A stretch of DNA of 54,523 nucleotides from contig NC_068997.1 in NCBI RefSeq assembly GCF_001194135.2, forward strand, positions 23,779,371 through 23,833,893, given 5' to 3'. The notes below the pieces were generated by a model that searched no databases, was not told the DNA's origin, and saw nothing but the letters and a program-made list of their open reading frames with translations. Source of the DNA: Octopus bimaculoides (Eukaryota). Positions 41,030 through 53,823 of the stretch are shown here, one piece after another. Made by a program: the position numbers and the translations under genes. Position 1 is the first letter of the stretch. Every line of letters starts with the position of its first letter.

Positions 41030-41664
41030 TTATAACATACACGGCATTGACATACATACATAAATACATACATACATACACACATGCGTAGAAAGATGGG
41101 TGCATGTTGCGATATATGAGGGAGATATAGTACTCAATGCCCTGCATTTTTGAGTGCGTGTGATCGATTAAATTGATCAATAAACTTGTCCCGCACATAC
41201 AATATCAACCTCACGAAACAGTCGACTCAGCAGTTTTTCAGTTCAAACTTTTATGGACATAACATATATACCACAAAGGTATTATTATGATGAAAGAAAT
41301 TGTTTCCCAATGATGTTCCCTATGTTTTAATGAAATACGTTTTTCACGATAGTAAATAAGGTTGCGGATGCTGCAAAGCGGTGAGCATTGATATTAATTA
41401 ATTGGTGAGTAATATGTACCAAGGTAGCAACAAGAATAATTTCTGAAATTATCTTTGGTAGTTGCTAGGGAGAGAAGAGACTCGGTAGTCTGGAGATGTT
41501 TAATGAGTAATTGACAAGAGATGGAATATTCATCAGTTTGAATTCAAGAGTTTCGTTACATTTTTGACAGCTTTGGATATTCTTCAATAAGCTGATAGAT
41601 AGATAAACAGGTAGACAGACAGACAGATAGATAGATAGTTAGATAGATAGATACACATATAGAA

Positions 41665-41751
<87 letters not shown>

Positions 41752-42106
41752 TAGATAGAGAGATGTAGCATATTTATGTTAGTTAATTTTGAGAATTCTA
41801 TTTTCCTTGAGTGCATTCATATACCTACCGAACATTTTTAATGTACAAGTTGTAAAGAATCATAATTTCTTCTTCTTGCAATGCGCTCATCAGATAAGTG
41901 AGTGAGTATGAGTGGGTGGTATAGTACATAAAACCACACAAATGTAGTTGGCTCAGGAGCGAGTGTGATTTAGTGCTACATATCAAGCTTTCATATATTC
42001 TTTCACGCACGTATGTAGTCGTGAGTGAAGACAAGCTTTCTGACAGTGCTTGGACCTTAGAACAAGCGGAACAACGAGGACATAATATTATTATGAGAGG
42101 TTTGAG

Positions 42107-42319
42107 GGCGGTGAGCTGGCAGAATCGTTAACACGCCGGGCAAAATGCTTTGCTGTATTTCATCCGTCTTCATGTTCTGAGTTCAAATTCTGCCGAGGTG
42201 GACTTTGCTTTTCATCCTTTCGGGGTCGATTAAATGAATACCAGTTACGCACTGTGCTCGAGGTAATCGACTTAATTTCTTCCTCCAAATTTGAAGCTTT
42301 GTACTTCCAGTAGAAAGGG
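42107..42319 (+). mobile_element. Full-length family A SINE with 19-bp TSD
   Basis: TTATTATGAGAGGTTTGAG (42088-42106) and TTATTATGAGAAGTTTGAG (42320-42338), one mismatch. Confidence 0.9.
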
Positions 42320-43910
42320 TTATTATGAGAAGTTTGAGCTAATCCTCCGCTTGTAATTGTTTTTACGTTAGAAAGCGGCAGAAACTTGAAAAAAAAAAAA
42401 AACGCTCCTTCTTCAATGTCCGTGAATCGGAACCCAAATCTTATGATCGTAAACCTCCAACAACCAAACAAGTAGGTCATGCAATTTCTGTACTGTTTCA
42501 CTTTCTGAAAATTAAAAAAAACTGCAAGTTTATTTTATTTTATTTTATCAGAGATAAATATGTAATTACAAATGCAAACAAAATATATTTATGCACTTAA
42601 AATGTAAACGAAATATATTACACACAAAAAAATAGAATTCTTCATATTCGCATACAACACATATTAAAAAAAATATATCGTATACAGCTGAAAATCCTAA
42701 CACCCTAAACAGCTTATAATTTATTCATTTATCTATCAATTTATATATTTTCAGATGTTAACTCTCAGATGTTTTGATCATACAATTCCGAAGACCACTT
42801 TCTATTTTTTTAGTTTTTGTCTCTCTTTTTTTCTTTAATTTATTTACATTCTTTTGTAAGCATAAAGTCAAAAGCATAATGAACAATTAACTTCGAGATC
42901 CGGAATAAAATTAAATGTCCACACTTAAACGAATAAGTGCCCAAGAAATTATACCTCAGCATTACTTAAATATATGAAGGAATACGTGAATATATCTAAA
43001 TATATTACTACAAACGTTGTTTGGAGTGTTATATAATTCTTATCAGAGCAATAACCGTTACATCACATATTGCTTCAGAAGATGAAATCCCTCGCTAGAT
43101 ATAACAACATGAAAATATATATAAATAAAACAAACCAAAAAAGAAAAACTTCAAGACATTAGTGTTAAAAGCCTTGGCATGCAAATCCAATAACTTCCTA
43201 ATAATTCCAAAGACCGAAACATAATATAATTTACATAACTATGTGTCTATAAAATTAAATATCCATTATTTCTCTTAGTAAAGTTACGGCGTTAACGGAT
43301 TCTAATCCACTTACAACTCGCACTTGATATTAAAAATACGTGTTTTACCTTTATTCTATAGATTCTACAACTTGTTTTCTGAATTCCATTAATATTTATT
43401 TCTAAAAATAGCGCAAAATCACAAATTGTGAAAGCGGGGTATACTCTATTACTGGCTTAACACGAGTTGGCAATGATTGGTGTGGGTATATAAATTAGTG
43501 CGGGTAAGGTGGACTGTTGATATATAATATATATTTATATTCTTGGTTTAAAATGTTGGCACAATGCCAGCCATTTTGGGGGAGGAGTAATTCGATTGCA
43601 TATACCCCAGTACTGAACTGGTACTTACTTTTATCGGCCCCGAATGGATGAGGAGCAAAGTCGATCTCGACAGAATTTCATCGCAAAATATAAAGGCGGA
43701 AGAAATAATGCTGTTGTATATAGTCGAATGAAATAAACGAACGTTGAAAATAACAATAACAAACAACAAGAACACTTACACATAGAATGTATTAGTTGCA
43801 CGCTCATTAAGAAGAGAGTTTGTCGCGTTTCGAGCGTAGCACTTCGTCGGAAAGGAAGTTGGAAAAGTCCAATAAGGCAAAAAGATCACCATCAGCACGT
43901 GTATAGTTAC

Positions 43911-43959
<49 letters not shown>

Positions 43960-45163
43960 CTATAACTACTACTACTATATTTTCGGTTCTTTACCTTATG
44001 AATTCAAATTCTGCCGAGGTTAACTTTGCCTTTCATCCTTTCGGGATCGTTTACAATAAATATCAATTGAACACTAGGGTTGATGGAATCAACTAGCTAC
44101 CCTGCTCCTCAAATGTGTTTGATTTGGGTCTAAATTGCAAACTGTTATCAGTATCTTTATCTTTATCTTTTTTTTTTTTTTTTTTTTCAAATTTTGCACA
44201 GCTAACCAATTTTCTACCTATCCAATACAAACACCCCTACATCTTCTAATCAACGCTATTTGGTATAGATGTAATGGACTGCCATGCATTGCTGGTACTT
44301 TATTGAAACCATCTAGTGAAAACCACGAAAATTTCGGCTGACTCTGGCAAGGTTTGAACTGAGAGCGTAAAGTCGGTTAAAGAAAGCCTGTAAGGAATTT
44401 TATCCAACGTTCTAGCAAACTCAAACGTCATGAGGCTTCAAACACAGTCTTTCGACCAACAAAGTTTAACAGAGTTTAACAGTTATGTACACCGCTCAAT
44501 CGAAACCCCTATGCGTTTTTAACAAGAATGTCACATGAGGTACTGTAGTTAACGACGTCGTACACACATTGAATTAAAGACGGAATGAACACAACTGAAA
44601 CGCTTTTGGCTATAAGTTAACACGATCAGAGATGACCTGGGGCTAAACAACAAAAACGATATCAACTGCTCAGTCACCTATGATAGATCAATAAATTAAT
44701 TCAATATGACTCAGAAACTTTCTTGTTAAATTGTTGTATCGACTTCTCAATTGTTTGTCGGTTTCAAACTTCTATTCTTGATATTCCCAGTTTTGTGTTT
44801 TATCTTAGTCAGTCATATGAAATCGATAAATTTAAAAGACATGTCGTTGTCGTTGTTATTGCTTTTGTCGTTCCAAAAATCAAACCTAATCTAACAGAGC
44901 AGAATACATTCTAGCTGTGACCATCCTAATATGTAGCGTCAAAGCGACTGTTACAAAACATACCCACAAGCGTTGCATCGAAATAATATTGGAATACGGT
45001 GGTAAATAAACAATGCTCAAGTATAGAATATTCAGGTGATTAATACAGTCAGGTGATAAATAAATAGCGCACAGTTATATAGAAGCACAGGTTGATTAGT
45101 TATAGTCGTCCTTTACAACCAATCGGAGACAAACCTCCTTCTACTTCATATTGTGTTGTCCTT

Positions 45164-45395
45164 ATTTCTTTATTGACCACAAGGGGCTAAACATAGAGGG
45201 GACAAACAAGGACAGACAAAGGGATTAAGTCGATTACATCGACCCCAGTGCGTAACTGGTACTTAATTTATCGACCGCGAAAGGATGAAAGGCAAAGTTG
45301 ACCTCGGCGGAATTTGAACTCAGAACATAAAGACAGACGAAATACCGCTAAGTATTTCGTCCAGCGTGCTAAAGTTTCTGCCAGCTCGCCGCCTT
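45164..45395 (-). mobile_element. Young full-length family A SINE nested in an older SINE tail
   Basis: Complete from the GGCGGCGAGCTGGCAGAAAC head to the AATAAAGAAATA tail; CCTTAT on both sides. Confidence 0.9.
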
Positions 45396-46219
45396 ATGTC
45401 CCTTCTATGTTATCCCTTCTATGTTTGGCCCCTTGTGGGTAATAAAGAGATATCCTTCTACTTCATATTAATTGTACCAGTCTGTCTAATGTAAATCATA
45501 ATGAGTTTGCCTAGGTTTCTTAACCGTTATTAGTTTAAAATTCAAAGGTAGTTAATTGGCTGATATGTTACAACACCGGCCAAACTTTCTTGCTTTATCC
45601 GATCCGGGTTATTCGATTTTAATTTTAAGCCTGCAGTGGTCAACTTTGCTTTTCATCCTTTTGTGGTTGATAAATACTGTACCAGTCAAGTACAAAGGAC
45701 GATACCTCTCTTCTTATGTGTACCACTTTCTAATCTCTGTCTCTGTCTGTCTGTCTGTCTGTCTCCCTATCTCTATTTCTCTCTCTCTCTATCTATCTAT
45801 CTATATATCTACGTTTCTTTTTCTCTCCAGGAGAAATCAGCCGTGTTCAAGAGATAGGCCCGGCCATAACACGCTGTGTATCACAACGACGTCCTAACGA
45901 ATCGTTCAGAACTTGAGGGCCCAAGCAAGTTGGTCAACATGCAAAAGTATCTGCCTCTCTACTGCCGTGCCTGTTTACTTATCTGAAACCAATGAAGGAT
46001 CTTCTATGTAGTCATTCAGCATGCAAAAATAGCAGCCAAGTTTGCTTCTATTTTGCATTTTACTGCTCTTTTCTCTTTTAAAAAAGAATAAGAAATAGAA
46101 TAAGAAACAACAGGATGCACTAAGCTTAGAAATAAACGGAACGGTTACGGCTGGAACGTCTTTGTATGGGTCTCTATTAATTACTTTGTTTTTTTTTCTT
46201 CAGCCCTATGATTCATAAT

Positions 46220-46360
46220 CGTTTCTACTATTGGCATGAGGCCTAAAATTTTGTAGGAGAGACTAGTCAATGACCTCAGCCCCTGTGCTCGACTGGTACT
46301 TAATTTATCTACCTCGAAAGGGTGAAAGGCAAAGTCGAGCTCGCCGGAAATTGAACTCGA
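46220..46360 (-). mobile_element. 5'-truncated family A SINE with 17-bp TSD
   Basis: GCCCTATGATTCATAAT (46203-46219) and GCCCTTGGATTCATAAT (46361-46377), 15/17 identical. Confidence 0.8.
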
Positions 46361-49300
46361 GCCCTTGGATTCATAATTCAGGTTATCTAAATTTCATAGC
46401 GTGTAAGTGACCGAGAATATATTTTCTCTGAGCGGGATGCAGGTCCGTTGCAGGTTCCAAAGCTAGCAATTTTAAGGAAGGGGATTCGTTGCTTACATCG
46501 ATCCCATTACTCGATAGGCTATTTATCAAACCCGAAAAGCTGACAGACAAAGCTAATCTCGACGAGACTTTGTCCGATGTACAAACGATTGTATCTACTC
46601 GTTGCCTTTCTCTTTCATTAGGTTATTGGAATTTACTCTGGTGACATCAGAAGGAAAACATATTACTTTATAGCTAATCAACAACAAGCAACCACAATAA
46701 TTTTGGCCAGTTATTGTACATCGATACCATTGCTTCATTAGTATTTTATTTTATCAAACCCTAAATGATGAAAAGCGATGCTGACTTTCAAGAAATTTGA
46801 ACCCAGAATGTAAAGAGAGTAAAAAAAAAAAAATATCGCTAAGCAGTTTGTTCGACGCGCTTCACGATTCTGCCAGTTCGCCACCTTACAAGCAACAGGC
46901 ATAATAATAGCAATAACATCACCCTTGGTTTTTGTCGTTGCTGTTCTTTTGTTTTTGTTTTTGGCTATTTTTTTCTTGGTTTCTAATTTATATATCGATT
47001 TGTTTCAAAACACTTGCTCCATTATCAGCTGAACCATCTGACAAAAGAGAAACGAGTTTGCCAAGTTCTTGTTTCAAGACTTACTGACGTTGTTCCAAAC
47101 CAATCGTATGGAACGATGCGTTTGTAGGTCAACAGGAAAATGTTTGGTTGGCAACTGTCGGCAACTATTTGTCAGACATAAATGGATTCTCCGTCGGTTT
47201 CGGCGAGGAATATTCCAACTGGTCAATTAACTGCACCACTTGTTCATTAGAGAATATAGCATAGATGGTTGAGTATATCACAGGAACGTGTAACCTTGTT
47301 TGTAAGGGGTCCAGTCGATTATATCGACTGGACTTTTCCACCCACCAAAAAAAACAAAAAAAAAAAAAAAAAAAAAAAAAGAGAGAATAATGTATTTTTT
47401 GGCCATGTGAAAGAAAGCTTATTAATTTAGTTTTGTGTAAAGTTGTGATCTGGCAGAATCGTTAGAATTCTGGACAAAATGCTTAGTGATATTTCTTTCG
47501 CTTCTTTACATTCTGAATCCAAATTTTGTCAAGTCTAGTTCTTGCCCTTCATCCGTTTGGTATTGATAAAATAAATTACTAGTTAAGTAATGTGATCGAT
47601 GTAATCAACATGACCTCTTCCTTAAAATTGAAAATACCAATTCTCTCATCACCGAAATTAAGCAACATCGATCCTAATAAAGATTTACATGAGAGATCGC
47701 ATGGAAATCCTGGAGTAAGCATCTTTCAGGGCAGCTAATCGACTAAGTCATTAAAACCTCAAATTAGATCGCTTAGCAATGGTTCTTTATATTCTGTGTT
47801 CGAATCTCACCGAGGTCAGTTTGACTTCAACATGTTGTGCTTTTGGAGGGAGAAAATTTATAAATAAAGTACCAGTTCTGCACTGGGTGAACCGTTCCTC
47901 CCTTTTCTAGCTAACTTTCTTTCTCTCTGCTTGAAACAAACCTGAGAGGGATATCCTCTGCCATGACTAAACCTGCGGTATTTAACGACACCCTATGACT
48001 CCAGCAAAATTATGAGAAGCCAAAGCATAGCAAAGCAGTACTTGAAGTCTTCTCTCTCCGTGTTATTCCTATAAAAACTGGGTTCTGAATGGTGGCGATT
48101 TGATTTTCACAAACAAAGCGAAAAATAGTTTCGCTTTTGTTACTGTAACAGCACAAAGATCTTTTACACATTGAAAGTGGTTCATTCGGTTACGTTTTGC
48201 TACAATGGCTTCAAGCCTTGTTTGGGAGAAAATCGTATATAAAATAGAATGGAGCAAAGACATCGCCCTTCAGCTTTTATTTATTCATTTATTTTTCTTC
48301 GGGGTGTCTGAAACTAATGGGGATGAGAAGGAAGAACATGGAATTAAATAGGTAGTTAAAAATCATGATCTCGACACCGAATCCAGCACCCCAGACACGA
48401 AGGTACGCCTCTCTGCAAGAAGAAACAATCAAAGTAATTTCATATTTTATTAACTTTAAGGCTGCTAGCTGACAGAAGCGTTTGCACGCCGGGTAAATTG
48501 CGGCATTTCACCCGTCTTCATAACTGGTACTTAATTTATCGACCCCGAAAGGATGAAAGGCAAAAACGATCTCGGCGGAATTTGAACTCAGAACGTAAAG
48601 ACAGACGAGACACCGCTAAGCATTTCGCACGGAGTGCTAACGTTTCTGCCAGCTCGCCGCGTTGCGAATGTGTGTAACTGCTTAACTAATTAACTGTAAA
48701 AGTAAAATATTACTTTTGCTGCTGTCTAGTACAAGGTTAACACTAATCTAGAACACTAATGTACAGCAAAATAAGGCCATCTTTAAACAGCCTGCTTTTA
48801 TAAATACGAAATTATGTTTTTCGTTCTTTTTGAAAATTGATTTAAGGGAGGTTTGGTTACCGTTTCTAAAAGGTCTAAAACTGTGTTATTGTAAAATCTC
48901 ATTGCCGTTCTGTTGGCTGTTTTCCGTTATTAAATGTAAGAAAAACACGCATCCATCACTATTTACCTTCGTTACAGTTCTTGACTAGATGTAATATGTT
49001 AGGATTTGATACGAGAGAGATTTAGCTGTTGCCTCTAGCTACATTACTAACTACGTAAAGTCTTATTGTTTTTTTTTTCTTTTCTTGACTGTTTCTGTTA
49101 AGCAAACTTCAAACTTTACAATTCGCAATTAGAATGTCATTTATTTAATTCTGACAAATGGAATTAAGAAAAACGTGAACATTAGGAAAACCACGTTACA
49201 ATTCCATGCTTCTGTTGAAGTAGTAAATCTCCATAAGCAATTTACCACCATGCTTCTTTTCTCGGATTACTGGCATGCAAAGTTTAAGGTTACATTTCCT

Positions 49301-49341
<41 letters not shown>

Positions 49342-49632
49342 TATCATCATACTCATCATCATCACCATCGTCATCATTATTGCGGCGAGGTGGTAAGATT
49401 TGGTTAGACCTTCGGAAAGAATTGCTTTGCGATAATATGTTCCGATAATGGTACTTTCAAATTTCAAATTCCGCCCTGGTCAACTTAGCCTTTCATCCAT
49501 TTGTGGGTATATAAAATACACTACCATTCAAATGCTAGGATAGATGATATCGACTAATCCCCTTCCTTTGAAATTACCGGTCTTGTCTCTACTAGAAATT
49601 ACTACTACTGCTACTACTACTACTACTACTAA

Positions 49633-49665
<33 letters not shown>

Positions 49666-49728
49666 CGCTGCCACCGCCACTGCCACCGCCACCGCAAACG
49701 CCATCACCACCACCACCACCACCACCAC

Positions 49729-49975
49729 CGTTTCCGGTTTCATTGGCGTATGAGTTCCTCCACCTGGACGGTACGCCGCAAGTGAGCTGCTAGATGCAGG
49801 AGGAAAGAGTGAGAGAAAGACGTGGCAAAAGTGTCAGCAGAAGTTCGCCATTACCTTCTGCTGGAGCCGCGTGGGGCTTAGATGTTTCGCTCATAAACAG
49901 ACACATTGCACGGCCTGAGATTCGAACCCGCGATCCCAAGTCCGCTGCTCTAACCACTAGGGTATGCGCGTCCAC
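49729..49975 (-). mobile_element. Near full-length tRNA-derived SINE
   Basis: Minus strand GTGGACGCGCATACCCTAGTGGTTAGAGCAGCGGACTTGGGATCGCGGGTTCGAATCTC head; tail runs into a (GGT)n repeat. Confidence 0.85.
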
Positions 49976-51204
49976 TCACAGCTATATAATAAAAAGTTAC
50001 AAACAATGAAAAGCTAAAGTATGCTTTGCACATTTTTCGGTATCTTCAAAAACTTTGCCATTCCGGGGCCGTTGTTTGGTGAAGCTGTAAGAATGTTGAA
50101 CTGCATACATTGTAGTATTTGTTCTGGTTCTCTGCATTCTGAGTTCAAATACTGCCAAGGTGTGAAGAAAACCCGCATGCCTAGCGTAGAGAGTTAGGAA
50201 GATCCTGGAAACAGGGGAAAATACCAAACTAGATGGTGTGAGTGGTGTGGAGAGAATGATGTCACCGGATAGAGAAAAGCATATTCTGGCGAATGAATGA
50301 AGGAATGAATAGAGGAATGGTGGAATGAATGCGTGAATGAGTGAATAAATAAATGAGTGAATGAGTGAATGATCAGACAAGAAAATAAAACAAAAGTAGA
50401 GTAGATTTTCGGGTTGATGGGTGCCAAACCACTGCATAGAACGTCAAAATTACGCTTAGTTTTGAACTGTATTGCTGTTGAAGATCCGCTGTCCAAATAT
50501 TTCTTTCTGAATTACCAAGCCCACATAATTCATAGTAGTACTAGTGATTGCTGTTACTTTTGTTGTCGCTGATGTTGTCATTGTTGTATTTGTTTAGTCT
50601 CGGTCAGCTTCAAAAGAGTCGACAATGAAAGACTGCAGTGAGTCGATAAAAAAAAAAATAGATAAATACGCTAAAACAAAGATCAGAACATGCAATCCAT
50701 TGATGATGTGATACAGACATATTATACGTAAATGTTTTTAAGGAGGATATGGATTATTATAATGGCCTGGTAGCATTGTTGTGTCGGCCATTGTTTTAAA
50801 AGCAAACGTGACTGTTCGTATATTGAATTTGGTTCGCAATCATGAGGTCTCGAGTTCGACCTCAGTATTTGGTATCATAAACAGATTTTTTTAGCAATTT
50901 CATGTCAAATTTGGTCCGGTCAATGAAATTCTAATGACGGAAATTGTCTACAAAGCCGATGATTAGACTATATTTCAAATAACTTAGCATTAATGTTGTT
51001 GATTTCAAATTGCTAGGTAGGAGAAGAATTAACTTAAATATCATTAATGGGCTCTAGCTGTGACTGCCGCTTACGGTTTTAAAACAGCCTATCAATAAAC
51101 CACTATTGTCCCTGAACGATGTTTTTCATATTTACTACAGTTTGCTTGAACCTAAAATTCTTCCTGCACCTTGATATTTGGATCTTATATATATACGTAT
51201 GTAG

Positions 51205-51265
<61 letters not shown>

Positions 51266-51275
51266 NNNNNNNNNN

Positions 51276-51310
<35 letters not shown>

Positions 51311-51311
<1 letters not shown>

Positions 51312-51590
51312 GGTGGTTGTCTGCTCCTTATGCAGAGTTTGACCATCTCCTGTACTTGCACCTTAGAACCATCATAGCATCTGATGTGGCTTTTTGAACC
51401 AGACCATTTTCTGAAAGGACACCCACATAGATTGCACGTCCGATTTGGACCACCAAAAGCTGCAAATAGGCTTCTGTTCTAATCTTTGACAATGTCTTTG
51501 AGGCCTCCATTTATTTTGCAAACCCTCTGGTATATACTGCATTCAAAAGATTGTACAGACATATAGGCAGAATAGCTGGCGGACGGTGAC
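51311..51590 (-). mobile_element. RTE-type LINE 3' end with two degenerate C2H2 fingers
   Basis: Minus strand FECSIYQRVCKINGGLK...CNLCGCPFRKWSGSKSHIRCY; ends at the same point as 40819-41029 (AGACAACCACCA). Confidence 0.75.
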
Positions 51591-51591
51591 A

Positions 51592-51655
<64 letters not shown>

Positions 51656-52559
51656 NNNNNNNNNNNNNNNNNNNNNNNNNNNNNNNNNNNNNNNNNNNNN
51701 NNNNNNNNNNNNNNNNNNNNNNNNNNNNNNNNNNNNNNNNNNNNNNNNNNNNNNNNNNNNNNNNNNNNNNNNNNNNNNNNNNNNNNNNNNNNNNNNNNNN
51801 NNNNNNNNNNNNNNNNNNNNNNNNNNNNNNNNNNNNNNNNNNNNNNNNNNNNNNNNNNNNNNNNNNNNNNNNNNNNNNNNNNNNNNNNNNNNNNNNNNNN
51901 NNNNNNNNNNNNNNNNNNNNNNNNNNNNNNNNNNNNNNNNNNNNNNNNNNNNNNNNNNNNNNNNNNNNNNNNNNNNNNNNNNNNNNNNNNNNNNNNNNNN
52001 NNNNNNNNNNNNNNNNNNNNNNNNNNNNNNNNNNNNNNNNNNNNNNNNNNNNNNNNNNNNNNNNNNNNNNNNNNNNNNATATATATATATATATATATAT
52101 ACATATATGAATGTGTATATATATTGATATATGCATGTGTATATAGAAAAATGTGTGCGTTTCTGTATGCATGGTGTCCACATTATTCAGTGTTACAGAG
52201 AAATAATTTTTGCATGTTCATCTATGAATTAGCGACTGCACAAATATGCACATGCCGATATGCTTCATATTAATGCAAATTTTAATAAGCATGGCCACAC
52301 ACGAAAATTACAAACACAGACCACACACACACACAGACACACACAAGCACGCGCACACACACATTCGTTTAGAACGTAAAAATCTAGCATATGTGGAATT
52401 ATATACGGTATATTATTATGCATATGCATACAGGAATGAATGTATAAAATTAAAGACATTTAAATACCGACTCACTCACATATACATGATAAGCATACAT
52501 ACATTGAAGCACAGAATACTTAAAATATAAACATATACACACAATCTTATGCATACTTT

Positions 52560-52648
<89 letters not shown>

Positions 52649-53148
52649 TGTATACACACATATACGCATGATATACATTTGTATATCATTGGTTATATGT
52701 ACCAGTGAGTGATTTCCATATACACATGCTGTTATAAGCATGTATATATATATATGTATGTGTATATATAAACTATAAAACACAAGTGTACCTGTATATA
52801 TGTTGATAGCTATATGTGTATAAATATACTTTTATTACATATTTGTAAATCAAACACATGCTTACACATGCATATATGCATATATGCAATAATGCATAGA
52901 TTCTACATGTGCATATCATTGTGTAATGTGTATATATACATATACATGCATATATATGTGTGTGTGTGTATATTTGTGTATTTCTATATACATACATGCT
53001 TATATATGTACATGCATGTGTGAGTGTGCATATTTCTCTCTCCCCTTGCTCTCTCCCTCTTTCTCTCGCTCTCTCTCTCTCTCTCTCTCACTCTCTCCCA
53101 ATATAAATATATATATGTATATATGTGTGTATATATATGTATACATAT

Positions 53149-53219
<71 letters not shown>

Positions 53220-53786
53220 AACTCGTGTTATTGTACTCCTGCAGTTACTTTTTGTATTCTAATATATAAATTTGTGTATGTATTTACATACGTATACACA
53301 TTGTGCAGATACACACAGAAACGCACACACACACACACACGTGTGTGTGTTTGTGGGTGTTTGAGCTTGTGTGTATGTATGTATACATGTATTTTTATGT
53401 ATATGTACGTATATATATACATGCAAACAAATTAAATTACATATCATACTGTACGTATGCAGTGGTTGTATGTAAACTTAACTATATACAAAAATATTAT
53501 ATATACATACATATATATATATTTACATATAAGTATATATATATATATATATNNNNNNNNNNNNNNNNNNNNNNNNNNNNNNNNNNNNNNNNNNNNNNNN
53601 NNNNNNNNNNNNNNNNNNNNNNNNNNNNNNNNNNNNNNNNNNNNNNNNNNNNNNNNNNNNNNNNNNNNNNNNNNNNNNNNNNNNNNNNNNNNNNNNNNNN
53701 NNNNNNNNNNNNNNNNNNNNNNNNNNNNNNNNNNNNNNNNNNNNNNNNNNNNNNNNNNNNNNNNNNNNNNNNNNNNNNNNNNNNNN

Positions 53787-53823
<37 letters not shown>

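Larger units (their letters stand above)
43550..50500. mobile_element. Dense cluster of family A SINE copies in both orientations
   Basis: Approximate copies: 43550-43745(-), 43985-44130(+), 44290-44420(-), 45164-45395(-), 45555-45710(+), 46220-46360(-), 46465-46575(-), 46710-46888(-), 47445-47640(+), 47735-47900(+), 48458-48660(fold-back), 49381-49562(+), 50075-50165(+). Confidence 0.8.

Noticed and set aside
42755-42855. Exon 2 candidate after the signal peptide (DVNSQMF*)
   Set aside because: Strong acceptor but an early stop; the alternative frame is poly-T-derived.
48152-48247. Kinase Gly-loop-like peptide HKDLLHIESGSFGYV...GRKSYIK*
   Set aside because: First Gly missing, immediate stop, no donor or later kinase motifs; likely chance.
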